From Raja brachyura (Eukaryota), in NCBI GenBank assembly GCA_963514005.1, contig OY740795.1, positions 39,308,001 to 39,372,000 of the forward strand: DNA of 64,000 bases. The letters are read 5' to 3'. The position numbers were made by a program, and so were the translations under genes. This document shows, piece after piece, positions 1 through 12,751 of the stretch (positions are counted from its first letter, which is position 1; every line of letters begins with the position of its first letter). The notes under the pieces were generated by a model. It was not told where the DNA came from and did no database searches. It was given only the letters and a program-made list of their open reading frames with translations.

Positions 1-79
1 CGCGGTTTCCCAGGGAACATGTTGCACTGAAAGTTTCAGATTAAATATTTTTGAGCAATTGAACAACTATTTACATAGC

Positions 80-835
80 AACCGGGTGGTGCCAGCAATG
101 GCTGCCTTGCCAACAGTCTGTCTGTCCCTTCCTTCTTTGTTGTGTTTTTTAGTATGTGTTAAATGTATGTTTTAGAATTCTTTAGTTTGTTTTATGTCGG
201 GCGGGCAGTTGGGGAAACCTTTTTTAATCTCTTTCCTCGACGGAGATGCAAACTTTTCCGTATCGAATCTCCGTCTGCACTGCGGCCTAACATTGTGGAG
301 TTGGCGGCCTCTGCTGGAGACTGACTTCGGGAGCTCCAACCGCAGGAGCCTGCGGGACTTACCATCATGGAGCTGGCGATCCCGTTGCCAGGGGTCGACC
401 TCGGAGCTCCAACGGCAGGAGCCTGCGGACTTTAATATCGTGGAGCTCGCGGTCCCTGTTTAGAGACCGACTTCGGGAGCTCCAGGCTGCAGGAGCTTTG
501 ACCGCCCAGATCACGGGAGCTTCGACCGCCCCAATGTGGGAGATTAGATCGCCCCAACACAGGGGCTCCGATTTCTGGCTGCGGGAGCTTTGATCATCCC
601 GGCGGATGGTTCAACTGCCCCGACCAAGGGAGAATAAAGAGGGAAGAAGATTACATTTTATTGCGTTCCATCACAGTGAGGGATGTGGGGAATCCGCTGT
701 GGTGGATGCTTATGTTAACTTTTATGTAGTTGTGTGTCTTGTTGCTTTTTTTTAGTATGGCTGTATGGTAATTCAAATATCACGGTACCATGATTGGTAC
801 ACGTGACAATAAAAGACTGTTGAAACTTTTGAAAC
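80..835 (+). mobile_element. Non-autonomous retroposon with GC-rich internal tandem repeats and a Rex-Babar-like 3' tail
   Basis: Internal repeats such as gggagctcc/gggagcttcgaccgcccc at about 320-625. The 3' end atcacggtacc...ggtacacgtgacaataaa resembles tails at about 13880-13905, 26715-26750 and 62410-62450. Confidence 0.55.
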
Positions 836-852
836 AAAAGAGTTACAAACGA

Positions 853-1051
853 AACACAAAGTGCAGGAGTAACTCAGCGGGTCAGGCATCGTTTGCGGAG
901 GGAATGGATAGGTGAAGTTTCTGGTCTGTGGAAGGGTCCCAAACCAAATATCGCCTGTCAATTCTCTCCACAGATTCTGTCTGACCCACTGTGTTACTCC
1001 AGCACTTCGAGTTTTGTTTAAGATTCCAGCAGCTGCTTTTCTTTGCATCTC
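853..1051. mobile_element. Penelope-like pseudo-LTR inverted pair (degenerate)
   Basis: Left arm acacaaagtgcaggagtaactcagcgggtcagg is complementary to right arm ctgacccactgtgttactccagcact. Confidence 0.7.
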
Positions 1052-3348
1052 AGGAATAACAAACCGTTTTCTTCTCACTTTTAATGTACATAATGTGTAG
1101 AATAACTGATAAATGTGGACTCGGTATCTAACGTTCTGTACTCTCAGGATATGGGAAGAGGTACTCCACACAATAACAACCTAAATCAACATGTGTTGCA
1201 AATATTGGTTCATTTCACCATTCTTACATTTGAGATCTACTGTGTAAACTGCCTGATTTCAAGCAACAGATTTAGACTGAACAGTAATTGGATTACTCTA
1301 AAGTGATTAATCTAACTGCGGATAGCACGCAATCCACGAAGGCGAATTCAATGTTATTTGGCGTGAAACCATCAAACCACACGTGAAAATAGGAAATGGA
1401 TTTAAATATTTTAGAAGCTATGGACAAAACAATCAAAGGACAGATGTTACTTAAAAAATATTTTCTATTTTACTTACTTGGGTCTACTTGGGAGTGTGAA
1501 CTGACTATTTTGGATAGCAGCAAATTATGGTCTGTATATCTTAAACCACTTGAAAAACAATGACGCAACAATAGTACTTTTCTCACAACACAGTAGTGGG
1601 GAAAACTCTGCAGAAAAACTTATCATCTGTGCAACAGCCAGAATAATTCTGATACTAAAACTAAATCAACAGCAGTTACTGATATACACTGATTCAGAAA
1701 CGCCTAAAATTATTATCAAATTATTGCCAATTACAAATAAAAAGTGATAACTCTATAGCACAAGAAAATTGTGTTTTTAATCTTTTTTTTTTGCAATGAT
1801 ATTCAATAAATAACTTAACATTCACTTAAAATAAGCCCATCAAACGTGATTGCTGAAGGTGGGATCACAGCACCATTCAAGCACATGGAGCCCAGCTTCC
1901 TTAAACGTTTACTAAGTAACAGTAACGACAGTTAGAGGGAGCTTTATATCTGACTGCTGTACCTGACTGTGGAGTGATTCAGGGGTATCCAATGTGGCAA
2001 AACTGTTCCCTTTCTCGCCAATGAGATTCCTCATCTTGTTGAGCAGAAAATATGCAAGGGGCAAATGAAAATACAGAGATCAGGGCTCGAGATTACAGAA
2101 AGCAATTCAAACACAGCAATATTGACCAGACACCAAGCTTAATCAATAAGACACACTGTGTCAGTGCCATGAATTCCTAATTAAAATATAAGCTCCCCTC
2201 ATTTTTTTAAACCGGCCATATTCCTTCATTTAATAACCCAGGAACATTCCTTTTGGACCAGACCCAGATGCAGCTTGATCACCCGCTGGACCTTTTCATA
2301 CCTACAGCTGCACAGGTCCTCAGGAACAAGTCAGGTAATCTGTCTGCATAATTGATAACACCACACGATGAGACGAGTTGCCTACATAAAGTAGGCTGGT
2401 GAAAAGGCAGGCTTACTTGTTTGAATCCAAATCCAACAATACTGCAGCCTAACTTCAGGTGATGTAATTAATTGCCTTTTTTATTAACATAGTTATCAGA
2501 TCAATTATCTCCATGTGCTTCTGGGAAAAACCTTCAGCCCCTTTTCCCACCAGCGGGAGAACACTACTGAGGCCTAACACAAACATAGCTCAGTTACACT
2601 GCTTTCGACTTGGCTTATAAAACTAAATTAGAAACTCGTGTTGAATTTTATCCTGGGATTTAAGCCACAGAGGAGAAGCTCTGTTCTAACACTACTGCAG
2701 TTTACTTAAGTCCACCAACCGCCTCCCTCAACTGTGTTTCTTTTGGCCAAAACTTTGACTTCTTTTCAGCAATAGCCATCGAGCCCAGATATACATAAAC
2801 TTGTAACTCTTTCAGCACTTTAGTCCTGTGATCAACACAGAAATAAAGCAACCATATTCAATGGGAGATGAATTCAAGCCATCAAAAGCACCAATTTCTC
2901 TTTGCAGTGAAGCAGTGAGATATACCATCAACACATCAATCCTCTCACATCTTGCACTTTGCACTAACACAAGGTTACTCAGAGGAACTCAATGTCACAC
3001 CATTAAAGAACTTCTCTTTATCTCAAGCCTGTCGCCCTTTCCTCCTCTGGATTATTTGTAAAGTAGCTTTAGTTGCTGTGACAATATCTCCTGTTCAGCC
3101 TCTGAGGTGTTGCTCAATAAATACCGTTTTGCACATGAGCTTTGATAGCTCGCTCCAGCAGGTTATAAAAATCATCGGCAAGTTCAATCCTTCTCATATT
3201 TGACACACAAACGGCCAAATGTCAGTGGACATCAATCTGATGAGAACAGAGGCTGATTATTGTTTCCAACCGGTTATACAAGGTGGCATCAATTGTATAT
3301 CACCATCAATGTGGTAACACAGAGCAAAAACAGAACCAGGATGTTTCT

Positions 3349-3874
3349 GGAAGGACATTATTGCCATAGAGGGAGTGCAGAGAAGGTTCACCAGACTGAT
3401 TCCTGATGTCAGGACTGTCTTATGAAGAAAGACTGGATAGACTCGGTTTATACTCTCTAGAATTTAGAAGATTGAGGGGGGATCTTATAGAAACTTACAA
3501 AATTCTTAAGGGGTTGGACAGGCTAGATGCCGGAAGATTGTTCCCGATGTTGAGGAGGTCCAGGACAAGGGGTCACACCTTAAGGATAAGGGGGAAATCC
3601 TTTAGGACCGAGATGAGAAGGACTTTTTTCACACAGAGAGTGGTGGGTCTCTGGAACTCTCTGCCACAGAGGGTAGTTGAGGCCAGTTCATTGGCTATAT
3701 TTAAGAGGAAGTTAGATGTGGCCCTTGTGGCTAAGGGGGTCAGAGGGTATGGAGAGAAGGCAGGTACGGGATACTGAGTTGGATGATCAGCCATGATCAT
3801 ATTGAATGGCGGTGCAGGCTCGAAGGGCCGAATGGCCTACTCCTGCACCTAATTTCTATGTTTCTATGTTTCTA
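3349..3874 (+). mobile_element. CR1 LINE 3' fragment
   Basis: ORF 3406..3777 encodes the CR1 ORF2 C-terminus (LSYEERLDRLGLYSLEFRRLRGDLIETYKIL). Ends in a (tttctatg)n tail. Confidence 0.95.
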
Positions 3875-4896
3875 AACTCATTGCATAAAATCACTCCACC
3901 ATTAGTCTGTGGTGGTTCTGTTCATGAGAGTTATAATTAGATATGGCTTTGGATCCTACACGTCTATGATTTTAAGACTCAGGATGCTTAGACATCATTG
4001 AGCAGCTGGTCAGCAAAAGCTTCTCACGCCCGCTGCTCGATACAGAGCCACAGTGAACACAAGCTACAGACTTCCCTTACCCTGGGCACAAAGTGAATAA
4101 CTAACCAACTCACGAAACAGCGCAGACCGCACTCGTGGGACAATAGTAACCTCAGTATGGCAGCCTAACAGAGGACCAAAACTCTTGAGAAACTATCTGC
4201 TTTTAATCTTCAAGAAAACAGGCTTACTGAAACTTAAAGCAATCTGCAGTTTGCATCAGACTGGACTTGTTGGTGATTAGAAGTATTTTTTTAAACCCAC
4301 TATCAGTACCTTCAGCCAAGCTGAAAGCAGATGCTAGGATGTTTGCCAAAAACAAACCTCTCAAAAGTAGTAAGATTAATCATTTGCAAACGACATGGAT
4401 AGTAACAAAACAAATTAATAAAAAGGAAGAAAAATGTGCCTCTTATTCAAACCAGATGACACAAAGTATAGTCTTTTCAACAATCTAAAGGCAAAGTAAT
4501 ATAAACTTTTGACCCTTTGCAAAACATAAACATAATAAAGACATATCAGAGTGCTGATTTTTCTCAGTTGCATGACGAATTTTAAAAAAAGTGACCTTGC
4601 CAGCTAATGAATAAACAGACAGATTATTTTTAAATGAGTCCATCGGGCAATAAGTTTCTGGAAAAAGTGTGTATGCAGCCAAGTTTACTCAGATTTCACC
4701 AGCTAGCTCCTTGTAAAAGGAAGTCTGTGCCCAATCCCAATTTGCTCATCAATTAGTTCAGCTCCAGAGAAGAGGGAGTCAGTAGGCTTAGCCTGTGGAA
4801 GATAGTCCGCAATCAGCTTCTCCATTGCTTCCAGTTTGTAACAAGTTCCAGTTTGTGATTCCTTTAATCAGACTGCATTCTAAACAGAACTCTTAA

Positions 4897-5132
4897 GGGC
4901 CTGTTCCACTTTCACGACCTAATTCATGACCTCTGCCGAATTTGCCCTTGACTCATACTTGCAGCATGGTCATCACGAGGTTGTAGGGGGTCGTAGGTAG
5001 GTCATAGCAGGCAGTGAAGCTAGTCGTAGGTACTCGTGACATCAAGTAGGTCGGGGCGTTTTTTCTAGCCTGATGAAAAATGTCCACGAGTAAAAAAGGT
5101 CGTGAATTAGGTCGTGAAAGTGGGACAGGCCC
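4897..5132. mobile_element. MITE with about 36-bp terminal inverted repeats (PIF/Harbinger-like)
   Basis: gggcctgttccactttcacgacctaattcatgacct at the left; aggtcgtgaattaggtcgtgaaagtgggacaggccc at the right; preceded by TAA. Confidence 0.8.
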
Positions 5133-5261
5133 TTTTGAGCAGCAGAACATAGAGGAAAGAAGGACTAAGAGGGCACAACCTGATGCGGAGCCATTGAGTT
5201 GAGCATCACTGTGTGATCTCTGCCAATGGACTCCACAATATACACTGCATGGAACACATAC

Positions 5262-5532
5262 AAGTTATAGGACATGGATTTAAGGTGAAGGGGAAAAGAT
5301 TTAATACGGAACCTGAAGGGCAACTTTTTTTTACACAAAGTGTGGTAGGTGAACTGAGGAGGTAGTTGAGGTAGGTACTATCATAATTTTTCAAAAAACA
5401 TTTGGACAGGTGCAGGGATAGGGATCATATGTGGGCCAAACACAAGCAGGTGGGACTAATGTAGATGGGGCATGTTGATCGGCATGGACAACTTGGGCCG
5501 AAGGGCCTGTTTCCACACTGTATGACTCTAGG
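5262..5532 (+). mobile_element. Older CR1-family 3' end
   Basis: ggacatggatttaaggtgaaggggaaaagattt... ending in gggccgaagggcctgtttccacactgtatgactcta. Confidence 0.8.
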
Positions 5533-6499
5533 ACTATAACATTTGAATATGTGGAAAAATAATAACCCCTGCAGTTGTCTGCTGCAATAATTTATATACT
5601 TAGCATGGAAGGAGCATGTAAAACACTCTACAGTTCCAACACCATTTCCATTTTGAGCATTTGTGGAAGAGTTTAGAAACAGGTGGTCTATCTGTGCTAA
5701 GCAGAGTCCCATTATGGCCCTGAATAGCTGTGAATTGGGGCAAATCAGCCTAGTTAGTCTTGAATGGTGGGACAGGTTTGAGGTGCCAGCATGGCCCACT
5801 CCTGATCATGCTTCCTTGTGTCCGTCCATCTGAGGTCCAGCAGAAATTTGGGGCAAAGTTCATATAGCAAAGAGAAAGGAAAGTCTGTCTTCACCATGAC
5901 TGACAATGGCCCAATGGGACGAGACCATGGTAGTATTGAGTCACACTTAGACCAATGCAGTATGGACATTATTATTATGAGTGCTAATTCAGTTTTGCTC
6001 AATTTTACTGCCCTGTGAGTTCATTGATCCTTCGCAAAGGAATGTCTAATAGTGATTTATTATATACTCTGCCAGAGAGCAAAAGTTGAAATAATTACAT
6101 TTGTATTGCTTTTGCATTGCTTAACGATGGAGGCACAAATCTGTGTTTGCTTTTCTTGATCTAGGTTTCAATATAAACACTTCATAATCTTCAGATGAAT
6201 TATCATATCAGGATTGTGATCTACAGCTCAATGGCGCATACCAAACTACACAAGAATTATCACATTGAATGAGTGTTTATATTTTTCCGCGTTTCTTAAA
6301 CATTTTTGTTTCCACCGCATGTCAAAATGCTTCCTTGACAACCACTGCATTTCTTTCCCAAGAGTCTTTGCCAAAACAATGACCTTTTATTTAACCTCCA
6401 TGCGACCCACCATGGAATTCTGCCCGAACCCGTGTGAGAACACCCAAACTGTGAAATATTGCAATTATGTGGTCAGGTAAAACTACAGTAAACCCTCAT

Positions 6500-6910
6500 T
6501 TTAGTGGACCCCTTTGTAACGGGCTTGAGTTATAGTGGGTGGACCTGCCGAGGTCTGGTTGATGTGGTTGTTGTTGCGGGTCACGTTGTAGCCCCTTGCG
6601 ATAACACTTTCTTTGAGCCGCCACCACCGGCAGGAAGTGCTCACTCACTCGCCATGGGGCTTCCTCCCCTCTCATGTCCTGCCGCGTCTTTCTGTTGGCC
6701 GTCGCTATGTCCACTCGGCCTCCTCCTTTCTCCCCGGGACGCCGACATGCTCCACCTTTAACGAAGTCGGCGATTGCAGGGGGGAGAAGGAGGAGACGAC
6801 AGCGGTGGAGCAGATAAAGCGATGGGTGAGAGGGTAGACCGAGAGTGACCGAGCATGTCCTGTCGGTTGCGGCAGCCCGAAGAACACACATTCTGTCGGG
6901 GGCTACAACC
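6500..6910 (-). mobile_element. GC-rich non-autonomous element with subterminal inverted repeats (possible Helentron/HINE type)
   Basis: 11-bp inverted repeat gttgtagcccc (6585-6595) / ggggctacaac (6899-6909). Hairpins at about 6509-6523 and 6542-6555. CpG-rich against an AT-rich background. Confidence 0.4.
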
Positions 6911-6979
6911 TGAGCAGCTGCAACAGCTGTGTCAACTGGTGCAGAGCTGCAGCATCAGCATCTAGTTTTAAGGTAAAAC

Positions 6980-7132
6980 GACACAAAGTGCTGGAGTAAC
7001 TCAGCAGACTGAATCAATCTGGAGAAGGATCCCAACGTCACCTATCCATGTTCTCCAGAGAAGACCCACTGAGTTATTCCAGCACTCTGTGTCCTTTTGT
7101 GTATTAACCATGATTTGCAGCTATTTGTTTCA
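6980..7132. mobile_element. Penelope-like pseudo-LTR inverted pair (internally deleted)
   Basis: acacaaagtgctggagtaactcag ... ctgagttattccagcactctgtgt form complementary arms. Confidence 0.7.
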
Positions 7133-7379
7133 ACTACATACAATGATAATACCTTACTTGGTTGTCCGCGGACAATTGGTAGTATGGACACCATTGCCCC
7201 CCCCCCCCCCCCATGGTCCATTATAAAGAGGGTTAGTGCATTTAAGTTAAAAGGTCAGAGATCTGTAACAGGGCCTTCAAACAAATCATTCATCCCTCTT
7301 TTTCCTGGAGCTACAGAAGATAAAGTGCCTGTCTGTATTTACTTAGTTATAGCTCATATATCTCCATATTTGGTTGCAA

Positions 7380-7662
7380 CGTGGAAGGATGGACCCATTG
7401 GGTCTTTGCCAGCTTATAGCATGAACCCATTCCTCACCAACTTCCCCTGTAACCTATTCTCCATATATTCTCATCAAAGCCTCCCCCCTTCAAACTTGGG
7501 ATAATCTACAGTGGCCAATTAACCTAACGACCCATGCGTCCATGGTAGCAAACAAATACAGCTGGGGACGCACACATGGTCACAGAGAGAACATGCAAAG
7601 TCCACACAGACAGCACTGGAGGTCAAGATTGTATTCTGATTCATAGGGGTTGTGCCACTGCG
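7380..7662 (-). mobile_element. tRNA-derived V-domain (HE1-like) SINE, degenerate
   Basis: Reverse complement contains gtctgtgtggactttgcatgttctctctgtgaccatgtg, the V-SINE core. Confidence 0.7.
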
Positions 7663-7837
7663 CATTTACAATCTTGCAATTGCAATTTTGGTTCTTTTAG
7701 TTCATGCCTGTTCTTCACAGTTGTTCAATGCTAACTGACTGGTGATTTTGTACCCCAAGTTTCTATTGTGAAAACATCTAGATTGCACACAGAACACTGT
7801 CATCTCACATTAAATACCAGAGTGAGGAATATGACAG

Positions 7838-8138
7838 GGACGGTAAGTGGCACAGCGGTATAGTTGCTGCCTTACAGCTCCAGAGACCCAGGTTCAATCC
7901 TGACTACGGGTGCTGTCTGTACAGAGTTGGCATATTTTCCCTGTGACCGTGTGAGTTTTCTCCGTGCCGTCTGATTTCCCAGCATATTCCAAAGACGTGC
8001 TGGTTTGTAGGTTAATTGGCTTCTGTAAATTGTTGCTAGTTTTGTCGCTTAGAGCTAGTGTACAGGTGATCATTGCTCGGCACGGTCTCAGTGGATCGAA
8101 GGGACTGTTTCCATGATGTATCTCTAACTAAGCTAAAC
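7838..8138 (+). mobile_element. tRNA-derived V-domain (HE1-like) SINE, near full length
   Basis: A box (tggcacagcggt), B box (ggttcaatcc), V core and a CR1-like tail (gaagggactgtttccatgatgtatctctaacta). Confidence 0.85.
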
Positions 8139-8755
8139 CAAGACTGACACAGACATTACAAAACATTTAGGAAATTGGTACCTAGGTCGGGATCTTTCTA
8201 ATGAAAGGTCTCAGAATGGAAATCCAACTGTCCCCCCCCCCCCCCAACCACCAGCACAGACGCGGCCTGAGCTCCTGTGTTTTATTTTGCTTTTATTTCA
8301 GATGTCTAGGATCTGCAGTTTTTTGATGTTTATTTACTAGCATACATGTTGAGACTCTTTTACCCTGTACTGCAGGAACAGATTGAAGTTTGCAATTTGG
8401 ATGACAGATGGCCCAGATAAGGCACCAAATCTTTAATTCTCTCTCCAGTAATGATGTTTTAATGACTCTTATGATCAACAATGCCTGGAAATTAATTTTG
8501 ATGTCCAAAATCTTTTCAGAATTTATGGCCACATCTTAGAAAATCTGCTAACAAACCTCACTATGACTGCAATCTATTTATGGGCCTCATTTGTCATTAA
8601 TCTTTTAATACATGGCATTTTAACATGTACTGCAATTAACTTTTCCAGCAATAAAATTTGCATTAGATCAATTTAGATTTATATAAAAACATTTGAATTG
8701 TTTTACTTTGGGTATATTGGAGAAAAACCATAGTGTCTGATCTATATGGAAGATA

Positions 8756-8842
8756 AGTCTCAACCCGAAACGTCACCCATTCCTACTCTCCAGAAATGCT
8801 GCCTGCCCCGCAGAGATACTCCAGCATTTTGTGTCTATATAG
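8756..8842 (+). mobile_element. Penelope-like pseudo-LTR mini-insertion
   Basis: cccgaaacgtcacccattcc...ccagcattttgtgtcta, flanked by imperfect direct repeats tctata(ta)tggaagata (8741-8755 / 8843-8859). Confidence 0.7.
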
Positions 8843-9139
8843 TCTATATATGGAAGATACATACACCCAGTTGGTCTATATGCTAAGTTATAACCAATCC
8901 AGACCAACAAACAATTAGCCACTGTTAGAAGCATCTAATTAAATGCAACATTTCTATTAATAAGTAAACTCCTTGTACTTAGATGTAGTTTAGGAATTTC
9001 CATTTCCAATTATTTAACATAGGTTTAATATTAGTGTAATTGATGTGATTTAATTTGGAGGATTTTTTTTAAAAAAGGAGCTTGATATAAACAGAACCAA
9101 AGATGCCAGTTTCTAGCAAACCAATATGCGTCCATTATA

Positions 9140-9240
9140 ATCTGAATTCGGGCCCCGAGCTGAAATGTCACCTATCCTTGATGTCTAGAGATGCTCCATG
9201 ACCCAGAGTTACTCCGGCATTTTGTGTCTCTCTTTGGTAA
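9140..9240 (+). mobile_element. Penelope-like pseudo-LTR fragment
   Basis: gaaatgtcacctatcc...gagatgct...gagttactccggcattttgtgtc. Confidence 0.65.
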
Positions 9241-10404
9241 AGTTGTCCGTTGTGGAATTGTTATCCCATTATGATCTGTCTGAAATATTAACTGCAAAGT
9301 AGGTAATCAGCTGAATATTAAGATAATAGCATTTACTAAAAGGACTGAACAATGTAAAATTGCTTCCCAAGGCTGGAAGGTCACCGCAATATTAACTCTA
9401 TTCTCTCCTCACAAACGTTACCTGACCTATGATTTCTTCCAGCATTTTCTGTTTTTACATTAAATTGCTTTCAATTGCGTGCTATCATGAACGATTTAGC
9501 TGCTCGCTCTCTACGGCTGGGACGAACATGCGGAAAGGCTTTTTGCCTTTGTTGCAAAAGGCCATCATTATTAAAATGTCTTTGACAAACCTTTTGTTGG
9601 TCGTGACGCAGAAGGACCTATCAACTTTGCGGAAGGGAGGGGGTTACAGATGAATACTTCTTGCCATCTCTCAGATTCGTGTTTATTAGCAGAATAAGAA
9701 CTATAATGAATATTATTAATGAATACACTATTCTTGGAAAAGTAAAGGCAAGCTGCGACTTTGCTGTTCCTCATGCTTTGTACTCAGGTAGCCAGTTTAA
9801 TTTTGCAGCACAGGAGCTCATTCAGGCCCACACATATAAGCACTGTTGTTTAAATGGAATTCATGAAACCAGAAGGTCAGGAGGAGAATAAAGTACAATT
9901 GGGAGGATTATCAAATCTTACATAAGATACAAATGAATCCTGCACATAATAAATGATATTTTACAAATCCCTTCAGTCGCCTTTTTTTCCTGTTATTTTG
10001 ATGACATATTTTTCTGAAATAAACTGCTTTCATCCCAAATTTTCAAAACTTAAAAAACGCTGCATAAAGCAGGCATTATTTGTCTATCATTGCTCATAAT
10101 GTCTGTGCTACCAACGCAGCGTGTCGTTACAGCTCCAAACTGGCGCTCACCAGCCAGAAATTACTATTCATCCTGACCTTGAGACAATTCCAACATTATG
10201 ACATGCTGTATAAAGAGCTGGAAACACTGTCTGAATGCCATTCAGTTTGCCCAGGAATGCCAGAATGATCTTGTTCTTGTACTCCTAGCCAAGTCCATAA
10301 TTCCATTATGAAGCCTGCCAGAACAAAGGAACTGATATCAGAATCCCACGTACGACGAAATGCAGAACTTGAACTGTTGAGATTTGCACATTTACTGTGA
10401 GAAG

Positions 10405-10600
10405 CACAGGGAGGGCACAGTGGAGCTGACATCTCACAGCTCCAGCGACCCACATGTCGGGTGGTGTCTGAGTGGAGTTTGCCCGTTCTTCCGGTGACAC
10501 TGAGGGCTTCTTCTGGGTGCTTTGGTGTCTTCCTGTGTCCCAGAGCGGTGCTGGCTGATGGGTGAATTATCCGTTGTAAATTGATCTTATTGTCGGTGAG
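10405..10600 (+). mobile_element. HE1/V-type SINE, degenerate
   Basis: gtctgagtggagtttgcccgttcttccggtgac V core. Confidence 0.65.
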
Positions 10601-10639
10601 CGGTAGGCAAATACGTCGCATGTGAAAGTCAGAGTTTTG

Positions 10640-11150
10640 AGTCATATGGCACAGAAACAAATTCTTCAGCCTTTCACGTCCACACCAATCATTGAGTACT
10701 CATCTATATTGATGCCAATTTCCAGTAACTGGCCTATAGCTTTCTGGGCCTTGGTGATTCAAGTCCTGATCAAGATAGTTCTTAAATGTTGTGGGAGTCT
10801 CCACCCTTCCCTCTCTCCGCTCCCCACTCAGACAGTGTGTTCCAGGTTACTCATCCCCTCTGCTTTTATATACTACTGTTGTGGGTAAAGGTCTCGTACT
10901 TCCTGCCATATCAGAGGGCACTTCAAGCATTTAGTGTACCTCAATCAGATGTCCAACTACCCCCCCTCCCAGCCTTATCACTTCCCTGCAGAACAATCCC
11001 AACTTTTTACTCTTTCCTCATAAATGATATACTCCACCTTGGTGTTTCCCCTCAGCACCCTCTCCTGCAATCATGTTATTCCATTAAATGTGGCGACCAG
11101 AAGTGCACACTGTACTCTGGCTGTTATCTAACCACCTGTGCATACAAGAT
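10640..11150 (-). mobile_element. Old CR1-family 3' fragment
   Basis: Degenerate reverse complement of the CR1 ORF2 end and 3' UTR (gaccagaagtgcacactgtactc). Confidence 0.55.
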
Positions 11151-11289
11151 CACAGTTCAAGTGCTGTAAAATGGCATTAGTATGGAAGGCTAAACAATGG
11201 TCAGCATGGGAATGGTGAGTCAAAGGACTGTTTCAGTGGAGCGCTAGTTGATATTGTCACACAGCAAGTTCCCTATTACATAAGCTACA

Positions 11290-11556
11290 CCCCAGCGGTA
11301 TGAACATTGACTTCTCCAATTTCAGGTGGTCCCTGCTTTCTCCTTCTTTCCCCTCCCCTTCCCAGCAGTCCCATAGCCCACTGTCTCTGCCTCTTCCTTT
11401 CTTCTTCCAGCCCCCCCCCCACCCCCACATCAGTCTGAGGTAGGGTCTCGACCCGAAACGTCGTCTATTTGATTAGCTCCATAGATGCCGCCTCACCCGC
11501 TGAGTTTCTCCAGCATTTATGTCGACCTTCGATTTTCCAGCATCTGTAGTTCCTTC
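11290..11556 (+). mobile_element. Penelope-like element 3' end (ORF C-terminus plus pseudo-LTR with hammerhead motif)
   Basis: Encodes LHPSGMNIDFSNFR, typical of the end of a Penelope GIY-YIG ORF. Then a pyrimidine tract and ctgaggtagggtctcgacccgaaacgtc. 9-bp direct repeat taagctaca at 11281-11289 / 11557-11565. Confidence 0.8.
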
Positions 11557-12561
11557 TAAGCTACAGTCTGTTCAGTTGGCTTCAAATTACTAATAATAGC
11601 TATAGACCTTGCTGTGTATGTTTCAGACAGAAATACGGTCAGTGTATGGATAATGTACACCATTGGGGTCTTTATGACAGAAATCGATATAGCAACCAAA
11701 CTCTAGCTCTCTAAACCATGTGGCACATTGGTGGTGATTGCCCACTCACTAGATTCACTACTGCACGTAAAGTGTACAGCCACAGAGGATGTTTTTGCAA
11801 TTTGGCAGACTGAATGAGCCGTCAGCAAGTGACGCACATTACAAACAGAAACAACAGAGGGGACGGTCCACGAACACTGATCTCATTATTAAATGTAAAA
11901 TACTTTACAACATTAGGAAACAAGCAGCTCATTTATTTTGGTCAAGGACTTTTCTCATAACATTAATCGGTTTCTTTTGTTTTAAAGCTCTGAGGAAGAG
12001 CTGAGGTATTAGTCATGTCCCAAGGGAGAAGCCCTCCCCAACCAGCGTACAGTGTTGTAGGGGGAATCCAGCTGCGAAACTCTCCCAGCTTCATTTGCAT
12101 CCAAACTTGCATTAGTGCAGAGTCTTTAGATACAGTCAGGTGCAAACACACACAGAAAAGGTGTGGCTGCAATGGTGTTAAAGAGCTAAATTCACGTAGC
12201 AGATTAGTGCCAGAGGCATGTGCAAGGTTAGGTTCTAGGTGTGGAGGACACAATTATCTGCCTAGCCAACAATCATCTACAGTTGTCACACAAAATATGG
12301 ATACACACCTGCCTGTTCACCCGCTCACATTCAGGATGTGTATGCCGATCCCTCCAAAGGTCAGAAACTAAACAACGCCTGACATGGTGCTGAGTGCCAC
12401 CCCCTTTTGCATCATGATGCACCCCTTATTTTAGGCACTGTTTGGGAGCTCTAAAGATCCACCATGTAAATTGTAGGTGCCATTGAATCTGGGCTGTGCA
12501 ATTTGTAAACGAAAATGTAAAACCTTAACAACGCCTTAACATGACCGGAAATCTTAAAATG

Positions 12562-12751
12562 AAGGAAATAGGCAACGTTTCGGGTCGAGACCCTTCTTCA
12601 GACTGGATCAGACTGAATCAGTCTAAAGAAGGGTCTTGACCGGAAACGTTGCCGATTTCCTTCGCTCCATAGATGCTGCCTCACCCGCTGACTTTCTCCA
12701 GCATTTTTGTCTACCTTTGATTTACCAGCATCTGCAGTTCCTTCTTAAACA
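12562..12751. mobile_element. Penelope-like inverted pseudo-LTR pair with two divergent hammerhead motifs
   Basis: Minus-strand motif at 12574-12601 and plus-strand motif at 12623-12650. Perfect 14-bp TSD gaaatcttaaaatg at 12548-12561 / 12752-12765. Confidence 0.85.
12574..12601 (-). ncRNA. Minimal type-I hammerhead ribozyme motif (GUU site)
   Basis: Reverse complement is CTGAAGA A GGGT-CTCG-ACCC GAAAC GTT: core CUGANGA, stem II, GAAA and an NUH triplet. Activity not shown. Confidence 0.7.

Noticed and set aside
320-625. CRISPR-like repeat array
   Set aside because: Units are degenerate and adjacent, without unique spacers, in a vertebrate context. This is a minisatellite within a retroposon.
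7845-7915. tRNA gene
   Set aside because: The A and B boxes continue into a V-SINE core and LINE-derived tail, and no complete cloverleaf is evident. The same applies at 51185 and 13000-13070.
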